In this document: one piece after another, positions 26,117 to 36,658 of the stretch
Numbering within the stretch: the first letter of the stretch is position 1
Layout of the letters: every line of letters begins with the position of its first letter
From: Nitrospinales bacterium
GTDB taxonomy: Bacteria > Nitrospinota > Nitrospinia > Nitrospinales > VA-1
Reading direction: 5' to 3'
DNA length: 64,000 nt
Assembly (NCBI GenBank): GCA_965223795.1
Contig: CBDCXL010000002.1
Coordinates: 2,752,001 to 2,816,000 of the forward strand
Notes under the pieces: generated by a model
Database searches by the model: none
The model's input: the letters and a program-made list of their open reading frames with translations, nothing else
Told to the model about the DNA's origin: nothing
Position numbers and translations under genes: made by a program

Positions 26117-26389
26117 GATCGGGGGCGTCCTCAGAAGGCTCCGAGCCTGGGCCAAAGGGGAAAATTTATCACAATTTCAGGTTGATGAACATAACAAATG
26201 ATTTCATAATTCCCGCGTGTCCACATTGAATTTAAACGGGTTTGCGGCTGCCTGCCGCGGTTTCGGAGGGCTGAACAAAGGAGAAAGTCCGAATCCGGCA
26301 ATGCGGCCCTAAGGCGGCGCCGGCAAATTCGCTCTCTGAAGAGGAGTGCGGAAGCGCGGCGCCGAAAACCGTTGCGCAGGAAAAATCGC

Positions 26390-27148
26390 ATGCGTGTGCA
26401 GGATCTGTTTTTAAAACCGCACTGGGGGACAAAGGTCCTCAAAGCAGTGCTTCAGGCGCTCTTCCCGAGAAAGTGCGTTCACTGCGGAAAAAATGCGGTG
26501 GACGGATACCTGTGTGAATGGTGCCGCAAGGACATCGCCTTCATCGAGGCGCCTTATTGCAGCCGCTGCGGTTTTCCGGCGGACGTTGATTATGAATATC
26601 CCACGGGGGAATTTGAATGCGGTCCCTGCCGCAAACGGCCGTTCGCGTTTGACCGCGCCCGTTCGCTGGGTGGATACGATGGTGTGCTCAAGCAGTTGAT
26701 CCACCATTTCAAATATGAAAAGCAGATGGGAGCGGTGGCGGAAATCGTTCCGTTATTGGCTGTGTATTTTTCATCTCAGGATGCGAATTTCTGGCAGGGG
26801 TTTTCGGTGTCGCCGGTGCCGCTGCATTTTAAGAAGATGAAGGAGAGGGCGTTCGATCAGTCGTTTCTCATCGCGCGGGAAACGGCGCGGACGCTCGGCC
26901 TGCCGCTGGCCAACGGACTGTTGCGCCGGGTCCGGGAGACGGAGCCGCAGGCGATGAAAACCAGGGCGGAACGGCTGCGCAACGTGCGCGGGGCGTTCGC
27001 TGTGGACCGTCCGGACCGTGTCGCGGACCGGGACATTCTGCTGGTGGACGATGTGATGACGACCGGCGCCACCGCCAATGAGGCGGCGCGGGTTCTGAAA
27101 CGAAACGGCGCGAACCGGGTGCATGTGTTCACCCTGGCCCGCGCCTGA
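26390..27148 (+). CDS. comF: ComF-family phosphoribosyltransferase-like protein
   Basis: Double zinc ribbon (CxxC repeats), PVPLH and LLVDDVMTTGAT. Start uncertain. Confidence 0.9.
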   Translation: MRVQDLFLKPHWGTKVLKAVLQALFPRKCVHCGKNAVDGYLCEWCRKDIAFIEAPYCSRCGFPADVDYEYPTGEFECGPCRKRPFAFDRARSLGGYDGVLKQLIHHFKYEKQMGAVAEIVPLLAVYFSSQDANFWQGFSVSPVPLHFKKMKERAFDQSFLIARETARTLGLPLANGLLRRVRETEPQAMKTRAERLRNVRGAFAVDRPDRVADRDILLVDDVMTTGATANEAARVLKRNGANRVHVFTLARA

Positions 27149-27172
27149 TCGGTGTGGCGGTGTCTGAACGTT

Positions 27173-28498
27173 TTACCTGAGACCGGCGGTGAGAAACCAC
27201 CAGGAGCTGATGCTCAGGAAATAACCGACCGCGATGGCCGGCGCCCATTTGAGATGCGACATGAATGTGTAGTTCTCGCGGTCGACGCCCATCACGGCGA
27301 CCCCCGCAGCGGAACCGACGGACAGCAGGCTGCCGCCCACGCCGCAGGTCAGCGTGATGAGAAGCCACTGGTCGAGTCCCATGGCCGGGTCCATCTTGAG
27401 GACCGCGTACATGACGGGGATGTTGTCGACGATGGCGGAAAGCACGCCCACGATGATGTTGGAGGTGGTCGGCCCCAGGGTGCCGTACATGTTTTCGCTG
27501 ACCATGGCGAGGTAGCCGATGTACTGCAGGGCGCCCACCGCCGTCAGAACGCCGAAGAAAAACAGCAGCGTGTCGAATTCCACGCCCTCCACCTTGCGGA
27601 AGATGTCGAATCGCGGGGTCTTGCGGCGGCATTCCTCAACTCCCAGCTCTCTCATCATGGGCATGTCCCCCCAGCGCTTGAGGTAAAACCCGTACAGCAT
27701 CAACGCGCCCAGCCCCATCATCATGCCCATGAACGGGGGCAGGTGCAGGACCTGGTGAAAGCTCACCGCGGTGGCGATGGTGAGGATGCCCAGGCCGATG
27801 ATGACCTTGGCGCCGTGTTTCAGCTTCACTTCCTCAACCTTGCCGTCGGGTTTTTCATCCGGCACGAAAGGATACATGATGAGCGCCGGCACGATCCAGT
27901 TGACCACGCTGGGGATCATGAGATAGGAAAATTCCAGGGTATGCACTTTGCCCGCGGTCCACACCATGAGGGTGGTGATGTCCCCGAAGGGGCTCCAGGC
28001 ACCGCCGGCGTTGGCGGCGACCACGATGTTGACGAACGCCGGCACGATGAACTTTCTGTTGCCGCCGCTGACAGCCAGCGCGACCGTGGACATGAGCAGG
28101 GCGCTGGTCAGGTTGTCGGCCAGAGGCGACAGGAAAAATGTGATGATGCCGGTGGCCCAGAACAGCTTGCGAAATCCCATTCCTTTTCGCAACAGCCAGG
28201 ACCGGAGCGACTGGAACACGTTGCGTTCGTCCAGCGTGTTGATGTAGGTCATCGCCGCAAGGAGAAAAAAGAACAGCTCCGCGATTTCGGCGATGAGTTC
28301 CTTGATAAAGTCGTGCGCGTGCCCTTGGCCGTGGCTCGCCTCATAAAATCCGATCAGCATCCACATGAAGCAGCCGATGAAGATCACCGGCTTGGATTTC
28401 CGCATGTGGATTTTTTCTTCGAAGATGACCAAAATATAGGCTAAAGAGAAGCAGATCAGCGCTGCGTAGCCTGCCCAGGTGGCGGTTAGATTTGACAT
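27173..28498 (-). CDS. nhaD: Na+/H+ antiporter NhaD
   Basis: EE...KSKP, LADNLTSAL, AANAGGAWSPFGDITTLM and SAIVDNIP motifs. Confidence 0.92.
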   Translation of the reverse strand: MSNLTATWAGYAALICFSLAYILVIFEEKIHMRKSKPVIFIGCFMWMLIGFYEASHGQGHAHDFIKELIAEIAELFFFLLAAMTYINTLDERNVFQSLRSWLLRKGMGFRKLFWATGIITFFLSPLADNLTSALLMSTVALAVSGGNRKFIVPAFVNIVVAANAGGAWSPFGDITTLMVWTAGKVHTLEFSYLMIPSVVNWIVPALIMYPFVPDEKPDGKVEEVKLKHGAKVIIGLGILTIATAVSFHQVLHLPPFMGMMMGLGALMLYGFYLKRWGDMPMMRELGVEECRRKTPRFDIFRKVEGVEFDTLLFFFGVLTAVGALQYIGYLAMVSENMYGTLGPTTSNIIVGVLSAIVDNIPVMYAVLKMDPAMGLDQWLLITLTCGVGGSLLSVGSAAGVAVMGVDRENYTFMSHLKWAPAIAVGYFLSISSWWFLTAGLR

Positions 28499-29115
28499 AA
28501 CATCCCTTATATCAATTAAATCGAAAGATTGGTTCGTTGGACGAAAAGACGGGGTCTGGAGCTTGAGTATATAGATTAACAGCTATTTTCATGGAATAAA
28601 AGCCATTATCTCCTTAATTTTGAATAACATACGGCCATGTTCGCATATCTGGCGGCTGGGCTGGCCGGTCCTGCTGCTGTGAACGCTTGAAAATCCGGCG
28701 CATTTCCCAGATCGCGCCCCTGCTCAGCCCGTCAGCGCGTTTTACACGGCGTTTTTCTCACTAGCGCAGAATTGTTATCTGTTCCTGTGTGGATGGGGCT
28801 GGAAACCGTGGCGGAGGGGCTAAAACGGTAGGACGCCTTGACCGCAGACCCCCAACTCATCAAATACGGCCGCATTATATAGTAGAGATTCTCCGGGGTG
28901 AAATGTTTTCGCTATGGGGAAGCAGATCGATTCGCAACCGTTTCCGGTGTAGAAAGGATGCGGGGAGCCATTGATCTGTATTGGAAAAACTTGATTGTAA
29001 TTCATTGGAAATTGTTAAAAACTTAACTGAAATTGCTGGTTCGCATTGGGGACGAATTTCGCCTTAGTGCCTAAAAACTAACGGCTTTTTAGGACTTTAG
29101 GGCTCAGAAATTAAG

Positions 29116-29143
29116 TTGACTGTGTCAGGATTTGTGGTACCAT
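29116..29143 (+). promoter_or_regulatory. Probable sigma70 promoter for ispA-dxs-hisBH
   Basis: TTGACT-16 bp-TACCAT with an extended TGn element. Confidence 0.5.
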
Positions 29144-29210
29144 TTGCGCTGTTGCCATTGGGCGAACCATATCGATAGAAGTGAAAACTTTTTTGAGTTC
29201 AATAGGATAA

Positions 29211-30110
29211 TTGCAAGATTTTGTCTTAGCGCAATATCTTTCTGATGGCAAAAAGATCATTGACAGCGCAATAGCTGATTTATTGCCCGCGGAATATAGC
29301 TATCCCGAAAGCATTCATAAGGCGATGGCTTACAGCGTTCTCGCAGGCGGAAAGAGATTGCGTCCGATACTTGTAATCGCGGCAGCCGAAGCCGTTGGAG
29401 GAGACCGGCGAGCTGTCCTGCCCTTTGCGGTTGCTGCCGAATTCATTCACACATACACCCTGATCCACGACGATCTTCCTGCGCTGGACAACGACGACAC
29501 GCGCAGGGGAAAGCCGACCAATCACAAGGTTTTTGGAGAAGCCCTCGCCATTTTGGCGGGGGACGCGCTGCTGACCGAAGCCTTTGTATTGATGACGCAT
29601 TCCCGGCTTATGGATGGGGTTTCTGAAAGGAATATATTAAAAGCAACGCATGAGATGTCGGTGGCCCTGGGTTCGGGAGGCATGATCGGAGGACAGGTGG
29701 TCGATCTGGAATCCGAAGGAAAACCCATCGAACCCGAGACCCTGGAGTATATTCATATATACAAAACAGGTCACCTGATCCGGGCGTGCATCCGTTCGGG
29801 CGCGATTTTATGCGGGGCAGAGCAGCAACAGCTCAATGCCCTGTCCCGTTACGGCGCGCATATCGGTCTGGCTTTCCAAATTGTTGATGATATTCTTGAC
29901 ATTACCGGCGATGAGGCCAAGTTAGGAAAAGACGTTGGCAGCGACCTGGGAAAGGACAAGGCGACGTATCCTGCGCTTTACGGGCTGGATGAATCGAAGA
30001 AGAAAGCGGAAGAACTTGTTGAAGAAAGTATTGCCTGTTTGGAATCATTCGACGATCGGGCCGATCCTCTTCGAGAGATAGCTCGGTTTTTTGTCCAACG
30101 TTCATTTTGA
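29211..30110 (+). CDS. ispA: Geranyltranstransferase / farnesyl diphosphate synthase
   Basis: GGKRLRP, LIHDDLP.LDNDD.RRG and FQIVDDILD motifs; TTG start. Confidence 0.94.
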   Translation: MQDFVLAQYLSDGKKIIDSAIADLLPAEYSYPESIHKAMAYSVLAGGKRLRPILVIAAAEAVGGDRRAVLPFAVAAEFIHTYTLIHDDLPALDNDDTRRGKPTNHKVFGEALAILAGDALLTEAFVLMTHSRLMDGVSERNILKATHEMSVALGSGGMIGGQVVDLESEGKPIEPETLEYIHIYKTGHLIRACIRSGAILCGAEQQQLNALSRYGAHIGLAFQIVDDILDITGDEAKLGKDVGSDLGKDKATYPALYGLDESKKKAEELVEESIACLESFDDRADPLREIARFFVQRSF

Positions 30111-30121
30111 CTGGGTACACT

Positions 30122-32113
30122 ATGAGCAAGATTTTAGAACAAATCGACGGTCCCGAAGATCTGAAGCTGGTCAAACGGGAAGATTTGCCTCACCTTGCAA
30201 AAGAAATCCGGGAGATCCTGCTACAAGTGATTTCGAAGACCGGTGGACACCTGGCGTCCAACCTGGGAGTGGTGGAACTCACTCTTGCGATGCATTACGT
30301 CTTCGACAGTCCCAGGGATAAATTCGTCTGGGATGTTGGGCATCAAACCTACGTTCATAAACTTCTCACCGGAAGAAAAGATAATTTCAACACCCTGCGC
30401 CAGTACAACGGGCTGTGCGGGTTCACGAAACGGGATGAGAGCATCCACGATCACTGGAACTGCGGTCACGGGGGCACCTCCATTTCCGCCGCTCTGGCTT
30501 TCGCGAAGGCGCGGGATCTGAAAAAGGAATCCCACGATGTGGTGGCGGTCATCGGCGACGGTTCGCTCACGGCCGGCATGGCGTTCGAAGGCCTCAACCA
30601 CACGGGCCACATTCAAAACGACATGATCGTCGTGCTGAACGACAATGAAATGTCGATCTCGGCCAATGTGGGCGGCATGTCCGCGCATTTGAGCAAAATC
30701 CTCACCGGCCAGGTGATGACGAAGATCAAGCAGGAAGTGGACGAACTGCTGCTCGCCATCCCCGGAATCGGCAAGGAGATCTCCCGCTATGCCCACAGAA
30801 TCGACGAGGCGATCAAAGGCGTGTTCATCCCCGGACGGCTTTTCGAGGATCTGGGTTTTCGCTATATCGGACCGGTGGACGGTCACGACGTGGACACGTT
30901 GATCGACACCTTCTCTTCGCTGCGCGGGCTTCATGGGCCGACGCTGCTGCACGTGGTCACGCGCAAGGGCAAGGGCTACGAGCTGGCCGAGGAAAAGGCC
31001 GACGTGTGGCACGGCGCCAAGCCGTTCAACATCGCCACCGGACAGTTCGTCAAAAAGAAAGCCAATCCGGCGTACACGCAGGTGTTCGCCGAGACTCTGA
31101 TCGAGCTGGCCAAAGAAGATGAAAAGATCATCGGCATCACGGCGGCCATGCCGGATGGCACCGGCATCAGCAAGTTTGGCAAGGTGTTCCCCGAGCGCAC
31201 GTTTGATGTGGGCATGGCGGAGCAGCATGCGGTTTCGTTCGCCGGCGCGCTGTCCATCGAGGGGTTCCGCCCGGTGGCGGCGATCTACTCGACCTTTCTG
31301 CAGCGGGCGTACGATCAGGTGGTGCACGACATCTGCCTCATGGATCTGCCGGTCACGTTCGCGATGGACCGGGCGGGGATCGTGGGCGAGGACGGGGCGA
31401 CCCACCAGGGTCTGTACGACATCGCATTTTTGCGCACCCTTCCCAACATGGTGGTGATGGCGCCCAAGGATGAGAACGAGCTGCGCCACATGCTGAAAAC
31501 CGCGATCTACCATCCGGGACCCGCCGCTCTGCGCTATCCGCGCGGTTCGGGACTCGGCGTGGCCGTCGATGCGGAGATACAGTGTCTGCCGATCGGCAAG
31601 GGAGAGGTGCTGCGCGAGGGCACCGACATCGCGATTTTCGCGTACGGCCACATGGTGGCCCCATCGCTGGATGCGGCCGACCTTCTGGAGAAAGAAGGGC
31701 TGAGCGTGGCGGTCATCAACGCGCGCTTCGCCAAACCGGTGGACCGGGAGCTGGTGCGGCGGTTTGCCGAAATCACGCCCTGTCTGATCACCGTGGAAGA
31801 GCATTCCCTGAAGGGCGGGTTTGGTTCCGCCATCCTGGAAGTGCTGCAGGAGGAGCGGCTCACCGAAAGCGCGGCGCCCAAATGCATCGGGCTGGAAGAC
31901 ATCGTTCTGGAGCACGGCGCGCCGAATCTGCAGCGCAAGGATCTCAAGCTGGATCCGCAAGGCATTTTCGAAACCATCCTGGCTCACTACCGGCAGGTCA
32001 ACGAGCTGGTTCCCGTGGACAACGGCCACAAGGCGTACGCGGGCAACGGCGGCAAAAAAGCGGTCAACGGCAAGAAGGGCCATCTGAAACTGAAGCATTC
32101 TGTGAATGGGTAG
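30122..32113 (+). CDS. dxs: 1-deoxy-D-xylulose-5-phosphate synthase
   Basis: GGHLASNLG, WDVGHQ, GDGS..LNDNEMSIS, YSTFLQRAYDQ and DGATHQG motifs. Confidence 0.97.
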   Translation: MSKILEQIDGPEDLKLVKREDLPHLAKEIREILLQVISKTGGHLASNLGVVELTLAMHYVFDSPRDKFVWDVGHQTYVHKLLTGRKDNFNTLRQYNGLCGFTKRDESIHDHWNCGHGGTSISAALAFAKARDLKKESHDVVAVIGDGSLTAGMAFEGLNHTGHIQNDMIVVLNDNEMSISANVGGMSAHLSKILTGQVMTKIKQEVDELLLAIPGIGKEISRYAHRIDEAIKGVFIPGRLFEDLGFRYIGPVDGHDVDTLIDTFSSLRGLHGPTLLHVVTRKGKGYELAEEKADVWHGAKPFNIATGQFVKKKANPAYTQVFAETLIELAKEDEKIIGITAAMPDGTGISKFGKVFPERTFDVGMAEQHAVSFAGALSIEGFRPVAAIYSTFLQRAYDQVVHDICLMDLPVTFAMDRAGIVGEDGATHQGLYDIAFLRTLPNMVVMAPKDENELRHMLKTAIYHPGPAALRYPRGSGLGVAVDAEIQCLPIGKGEVLREGTDIAIFAYGHMVAPSLDAADLLEKEGLSVAVINARFAKPVDRELVRRFAEITPCLITVEEHSLKGGFGSAILEVLQEERLTESAAPKCIGLEDIVLEHGAPNLQRKDLKLDPQGIFETILAHYRQVNELVPVDNGHKAYAGNGGKKAVNGKKGHLKLKHSVNG

Positions 32114-32693
32114 AACGTCTCAAGTTACGCGTGCGACACGGGAAACTGAAATCCAGGTCGAGGTCAATATTGACGGAACGGGAAAGCAGGACATCCAGAC
32201 TTCCATTCCGTTTCTCGATCACATGCTTTCTCAATTGGCGAAGCATGGCTTTTTCGACCTGAAGGTCGCAGCAAAAGGAGACATTCACATCGATTACCAC
32301 CACACGGTGGAGGATGTGGGCATCACACTGGGGCAGGCGTTCGACAAGGCCCTGGGAGATAAAAAGGGCATCCGCCGCTTTGCCCAGGCGTCGGTTCCGC
32401 TGAACGAGGCGCTCGCCAATTGCGTGGTCGACATTTCCGGCCGCGCTTTTTTCGTGTTCGATCTCGATCTGCCCAAATCCAAAATCGGCCAGTTCGACGT
32501 CGAACTGGTGCCGGAGTTTTTCCAGGCGTTCTCCGCCAACAGCGGCCTCACCCTGCATTTTCATTCCTGCTACTGGAGCAACCTCCACCACATCGTCGAA
32601 GCGCTGTTCAAATCCTTCGCCCGCGCGCTGGACCAGGCCTGCGCGCTGGACCCGCGTTCCCAGGCCATACCGTCCACCAAGGGAAAGCTGTGA
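32106..32693 (+). CDS. hisB: Imidazoleglycerol-phosphate dehydratase
   Basis: FLDHML, DYHHTVED, NLHHIVE and PSTKG motifs. Confidence 0.97.
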   Translation: MGRTSQVTRATRETEIQVEVNIDGTGKQDIQTSIPFLDHMLSQLAKHGFFDLKVAAKGDIHIDYHHTVEDVGITLGQAFDKALGDKKGIRRFAQASVPLNEALANCVVDISGRAFFVFDLDLPKSKIGQFDVELVPEFFQAFSANSGLTLHFHSCYWSNLHHIVEALFKSFARALDQACALDPRSQAIPSTKGKL

Positions 32694-33319
32694 TCGCCAT
32701 CATCGATTACGGCATGGGCAATCTGCGTTCGGTGCAGAAAGGATTCGAGTCGGTCGGCGCCGACGCGGTGGTGACGCACGACAAAGACACGATCCTGGGG
32801 GCGCGGTCCGTGGTGCTGCCCGGTGTGGGCGCGTTCAAGGACTGCATGCGCAACCTCACACAGCTCGATCTGGTGGATGTGGTGCACCGGTCGGTGCAGA
32901 GCGGAAAGCCGTTTCTCGGCATCTGCCTGGGTCTGCAGCTTCTGTTCAGCCAGAGCGAAGAGTTCGGTCAAGTCCCCGGACTGGGGATTCTGCCTGGCGA
33001 GGTGGTGGGTTTTTCGGGCCGCACCGGCGGCGCCGGGCGCCAACCGGGGCTCAAGATCCCGCACATGGGCTGGAACACCGTGCAGGTGCGCGGCGACAAT
33101 CCGCTGTTCCAATCGATCCCGGACGATTCGTATTTTTACTTTGTGCATTCCTATTACGTGGTGCCGCAAAATCCCGAGGATGTCGCCACCACGACGCAAT
33201 ACGGCGTGGAGTTCGTTTCCAGCGTGCACCACGAGAACATCCACGCGTTCCAGTTTCACCCGGAAAAAAGCCAGAAACTGGGCCTCGCCCTGCTGAAAAA
33301 CTTCTCCCAACTGAACTGA
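32690..33319 (+). CDS. hisH: Imidazole glycerol phosphate synthase glutaminase subunit
   Basis: IIDYGMGNL, LPGVGAF, GICLG and QFHPEKS motifs. GTG overlaps the hisB stop. Confidence 0.97.
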   Translation: MIAIIDYGMGNLRSVQKGFESVGADAVVTHDKDTILGARSVVLPGVGAFKDCMRNLTQLDLVDVVHRSVQSGKPFLGICLGLQLLFSQSEEFGQVPGLGILPGEVVGFSGRTGGAGRQPGLKIPHMGWNTVQVRGDNPLFQSIPDDSYFYFVHSYYVVPQNPEDVATTTQYGVEFVSSVHHENIHAFQFHPEKSQKLGLALLKNFSQLN

Positions 33320-33383
33320 AGCGCCGCAACGCGACATGAGCTGCGTGGCGGGTCCCGGTTTTTTAAAGCTCAAGGCGTGAGGG

Positions 33384-34283
33384 ATGGAAACCTCTTCCCA
33401 TTATCTGCGCGGGGTTCTGCTGGCGGGGGTGACGACGGTCCTTTGGGGCGTCCTGCCGATCTTTCTTGAGATCGCACTCAACGAACTTTCCCCCGGAACC
33501 ATCGCCTGGTTCCGCTTCCTGTTTTCCTTCCTGCTGCTGTTCGCTTTGCTGGCGCTCAACGGCTCGGCGCCCACGCGCATCCTCAGCCGGCCGCCGCTGC
33601 TGGGACTCTTGGCGGGGGCGGCGCTTTCGGCCAATTACTTCGGCGTCACCGAGGCGATCCGTCTGTCCAGCCCCTCCAACGTGGCGATCCTGATTCAGCT
33701 GGCGCCGGTGATGCTGGTCATCGTCGGCGTGGTCTTTTTCAAGGAACGGCTGGCGGCCCTGCAGGCACTGGGGTTCGCCGTGGCCGCCGCCGGTTTCGTG
33801 CTGTTCTACCGGGATCAGCGCGGCGGCGTGGTGGATCTGGGAGCCTATTCCACGGCGTGGTGGTACATCCTGATGGCGACCACGGTGTGGGTGCTTTACA
33901 TTTCCTGCCAGAAAATCCTCAGCCGCTCGTTCGGCGCGCAGTCGCTGAACCTGCTGGTCTACGGCACGGCTTCGATCGCGCTTTTGCCGCTGGTGCGCTG
34001 GGCGGAGTTCGCGCCCCTGAGCGCGGCGGGGTGGGGGGTGCTGCTGTTTCTCGGGCTCAACACGCTGCTCGCTTACGGGGCGCTGGCCGAGGCGGTGAAG
34101 CACATCCCGCTCACCGTCATCAGCCCGCTCATCACGCTCAACCCGCTGATCACGCTGGCGGGGATGTGGGTGCTGCCGCGTTTCGTGCCGGATAGGCTGG
34201 CCGTGGAAGCGATCGGCCCGCTGGGGTACGCGGGCGCCGTCGTCGCGGTGGCCGGCGTGGCGCTTGTGGTGATGAAAAAGTGA
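33384..34283 (+). CDS. DMT/EamA-family transporter
   Basis: About 10 TM helices in two EamA repeats; LWG and FKERL motifs. Confidence 0.9.
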   Translation: METSSHYLRGVLLAGVTTVLWGVLPIFLEIALNELSPGTIAWFRFLFSFLLLFALLALNGSAPTRILSRPPLLGLLAGAALSANYFGVTEAIRLSSPSNVAILIQLAPVMLVIVGVVFFKERLAALQALGFAVAAAGFVLFYRDQRGGVVDLGAYSTAWWYILMATTVWVLYISCQKILSRSFGAQSLNLLVYGTASIALLPLVRWAEFAPLSAAGWGVLLFLGLNTLLAYGALAEAVKHIPLTVISPLITLNPLITLAGMWVLPRFVPDRLAVEAIGPLGYAGAVVAVAGVALVVMKK

Positions 34284-34319
34284 CTCAGATTCTGTTCCAA
34301 CTGCGATTTATCGACTGCT

Positions 34320-34344
34320 AAAAAAACGGGTCCCGAAGGACCCG
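34320..34344 (-). terminator. Intrinsic terminator between convergent genes
   Basis: cgggtcc-cgaa-ggacccg hairpin followed by a T-run on the minus strand. Confidence 0.7.
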
Positions 34345-34385
34345 GCTCTTGGTTGCCCTCGAACAAAAAATAATCGGACCGAATA

Positions 34386-35020
34386 TCAAAGCTTGCTCAT
34401 AACGTGTTGAGCCACGGCCCTGGTCCGCTCCAGAGCCACTTCGTCATCTTTTAATCCATTTAAAATGATGTTCATCTGATAGTGTTTATTCCAGAAGACC
34501 CAAAGTTGAAATGATTTCGGCATGGTCATCTTGACCGCAACGTCTCCTAGACCAGGAACTTTCTCCGCTTTCATCTCGATTCCTTCAAATTGCTTTTGCT
34601 GCGTTTCGAGGAACGCTTTAGCGGTTTTGGGATTTTCGACTTTTCCCACATGCTTGACCATCAACGATACGAATTTGAAGAGTCCGGATTTCTTTCCGGT
34701 AAAACCGCAATGCGAAATGGTCACGCTTTTGGCTTTGACCTTCTGCAGCAGATCGTGAGTTTTGCGGTCCGGCTCTCCAACTTCCTCACCCAGAAGGTTT
34801 GCGGGGTCCGCTTCGGCCAGCAACGCACACGCATCGAACTGCACTTCTGAGGAAGCCGGGCTCGCTGCTAATTTTGTTTGCGATCCCTCCTCCGATTTGC
34901 CGCAGGCGGTAAACAGGATTGCAAAGAGGAAAAAGAAACATGCCGTGAGTGCCGGAACGGGACTCTGTCAGCTGATAGTGCTTTGTTCAGGAACCGGTTC
35001 GGTTGTGTGTGCGTTTTCAT
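34386..35020 (-). CDS. Putative lipoprotein, frameshifted in the signal-peptide region
   Basis: The frame of ORF 34386-34844 extends upstream to FFFLFAILFTAC (lipobox) with no start codon. ATG at 35020 joins it if one T is added near 34937. Confidence 0.55.
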
Positions 35021-35177
35021 GGCCGGTTGCGATGTTGAGTGAGAAGGGGAGCGGGCCGCATCTGCGCGGAGCGTTCGCTCAAAGCCTTTTTGCGTATGAG
35101 GTTAAGATACCTGATTTGCGGGAATATTCCAGCAAAGGCGGGTGCGTTTTCCCACGGGCATTGAAAAACCGCCGTTT

Positions 35178-35765
35178 TCAGCCGCCGGTTTGTTCCGCGC
35201 CCCAGGGGTACAGCCGGGGAATGCAGATCGTCAGCGCCGCGGCCAGAGCGATCGCGATGGCGGAACCGACGAAGAACAGCGTCCAGGTGTCGGGTTTCAT
35301 GGAGCCCAGCGCCACGATGAGAAACAGCATGGGCAGGTCGAGGTAATGGGTGAAGGAGGGGAGGGTTTTGGCCCGTTCGTTTTCCAGTTCCGGAGTGATG
35401 TTTCCCGTTTTCAGAGCCGCGTCCGTCAGCCTGCGCAGCCGCATGAAGTAGAGCCGCGTGATCGTGTTGCCTTCGATGAACTCGAAGGCGAACAACAGCA
35501 CCATGCCCGCCAGCCAGGGGCTTTGAAGGAAGGACCAGCCGGGAAAGAGATCGACCACCATCCAGGTTCCCGATATCAGCAGCAGGATCGCGCCGGGAAC
35601 CACGACGCCGTCGTAAAACACCGCGATGTTGCGCACCGATTCGGCGAACAGCTTCAGGTCGCGGTACTGGCGGGAGCGCAGGTCGCACAGCCAGACGCCG
35701 ATCAGGCCTGCGCCGATCAGGATGGCCCCGAGCACGTGGATGAAGTTGAACAGCGTGTAGGTCAT
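35178..35765 (-). CDS. DUF2269-like integral membrane protein
   Basis: FIHVLGAIL..G, PGAILLLISG, WL and MKP pattern; 4-5 TM helices. Confidence 0.7.
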   Translation of the reverse strand: MTYTLFNFIHVLGAILIGAGLIGVWLCDLRSRQYRDLKLFAESVRNIAVFYDGVVVPGAILLLISGTWMVVDLFPGWSFLQSPWLAGMVLLFAFEFIEGNTITRLYFMRLRRLTDAALKTGNITPELENERAKTLPSFTHYLDLPMLFLIVALGSMKPDTWTLFFVGSAIAIALAAALTICIPRLYPWGAEQTGG

Positions 35766-35778
35766 TTGCAGTCCTGGT

Positions 35779-36498
35779 TCAGTTGATCCGGTAATGCCGC
35801 ACCAGCTCGATCAGGGGATTGACGAGCTCCGATTCCGGCAATACATGAAAAATATAGCGGGGCACCTGGCGGCCGACGGTGCTGGCCATGAAGGGCTCGC
35901 CCCAGAAACTCAGCAGGATTTCCGATTCCTTGTCCGAGCCGATGTTGGAAACGATGACCGATACGTTTTCGTCGATCTGGGTCCAGCAGGGTTCGCGGAT
36001 CTTGTCTTTTTCGGGGCAGGCTTCCAGTTTCGGGGCCAGATCCGACTGCCAAAGCTCTTTCTGTCCGGAATCCATCACAAACTGAATCGAATCGACGCGC
36101 GGGTTCTCGATGGCCGGCCGCAGCAACAGATCGAACAGCTCCTGCCGCCGGAACATCAACGGGCAGATATGAAACCAGATCATTTCCCCCTGCGCGCGGA
36201 CGGAGAAATCCTTCGTCACCGAACGCAGTTTTTTGGGGCCGACGAGCACCACTTCTGAAGGGACGATGTTCGCCTGCACCGACTTCACGCACTCGCGCGT
36301 GTCGAGCAGGTGTTCCTCCATGCGTTCGTAGCTGCTCTCGCGGCGCAGGTCGCGCAGAAACAGCAGCGCGATCAGAACCACGGCGACGCTCAGCAGGATG
36401 CTGAGGTCCACCACATGGAAAAAGTGCAGGATGATGGCCGCCACCGCGGCGACGATTCCGGCGATCGCATCCCAGTCGATGCGGGCTATTTTTTTCAT
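35779..36498 (-). CDS. Conserved hypothetical 2-TM membrane protein
   Basis: 239-aa ORF: two N-terminal TM helices, a coiled coil and a soluble alpha-beta domain. Confidence 0.75.
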   Translation of the reverse strand: MKKIARIDWDAIAGIVAAVAAIILHFFHVVDLSILLSVAVVLIALLFLRDLRRESSYERMEEHLLDTRECVKSVQANIVPSEVVLVGPKKLRSVTKDFSVRAQGEMIWFHICPLMFRRQELFDLLLRPAIENPRVDSIQFVMDSGQKELWQSDLAPKLEACPEKDKIREPCWTQIDENVSVIVSNIGSDKESEILLSFWGEPFMASTVGRQVPRYIFHVLPESELVNPLIELVRHYRIN

Positions 36499-36658
36499 TC
36501 CGGTCCCCAGGTTGGTCGTTTGCGTAGAAATGTTGCGGCACGGGTGCCATGCCCGCCGAGTTGTAACACTTTTATAGCGGCAATGGCGGAATTTTTAAAG
36601 GAGAGCCACGCTGGAGACCGGGGGTTCCGTATGCCGGATCGGGCCCGTGCGCGATCCG

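Noticed and set aside
26160..26235. Possible ARG boxes upstream of argD
   Set aside because: AT-rich, but no convincing tandem TGAAT-N-ATTCA palindromes.
26270..26380. GGAGAAAGTCCG resembling the RNase P RNA 5' conserved element, plus GC-rich palindromes
   Set aside because: Not the GAGGAAAGUCC consensus, no 3' conserved element, and too little room before comF.
28770..29100. Replication origin in the AT-rich gap
   Set aside because: Only poor DnaA-box matches and no origin-linked genes.
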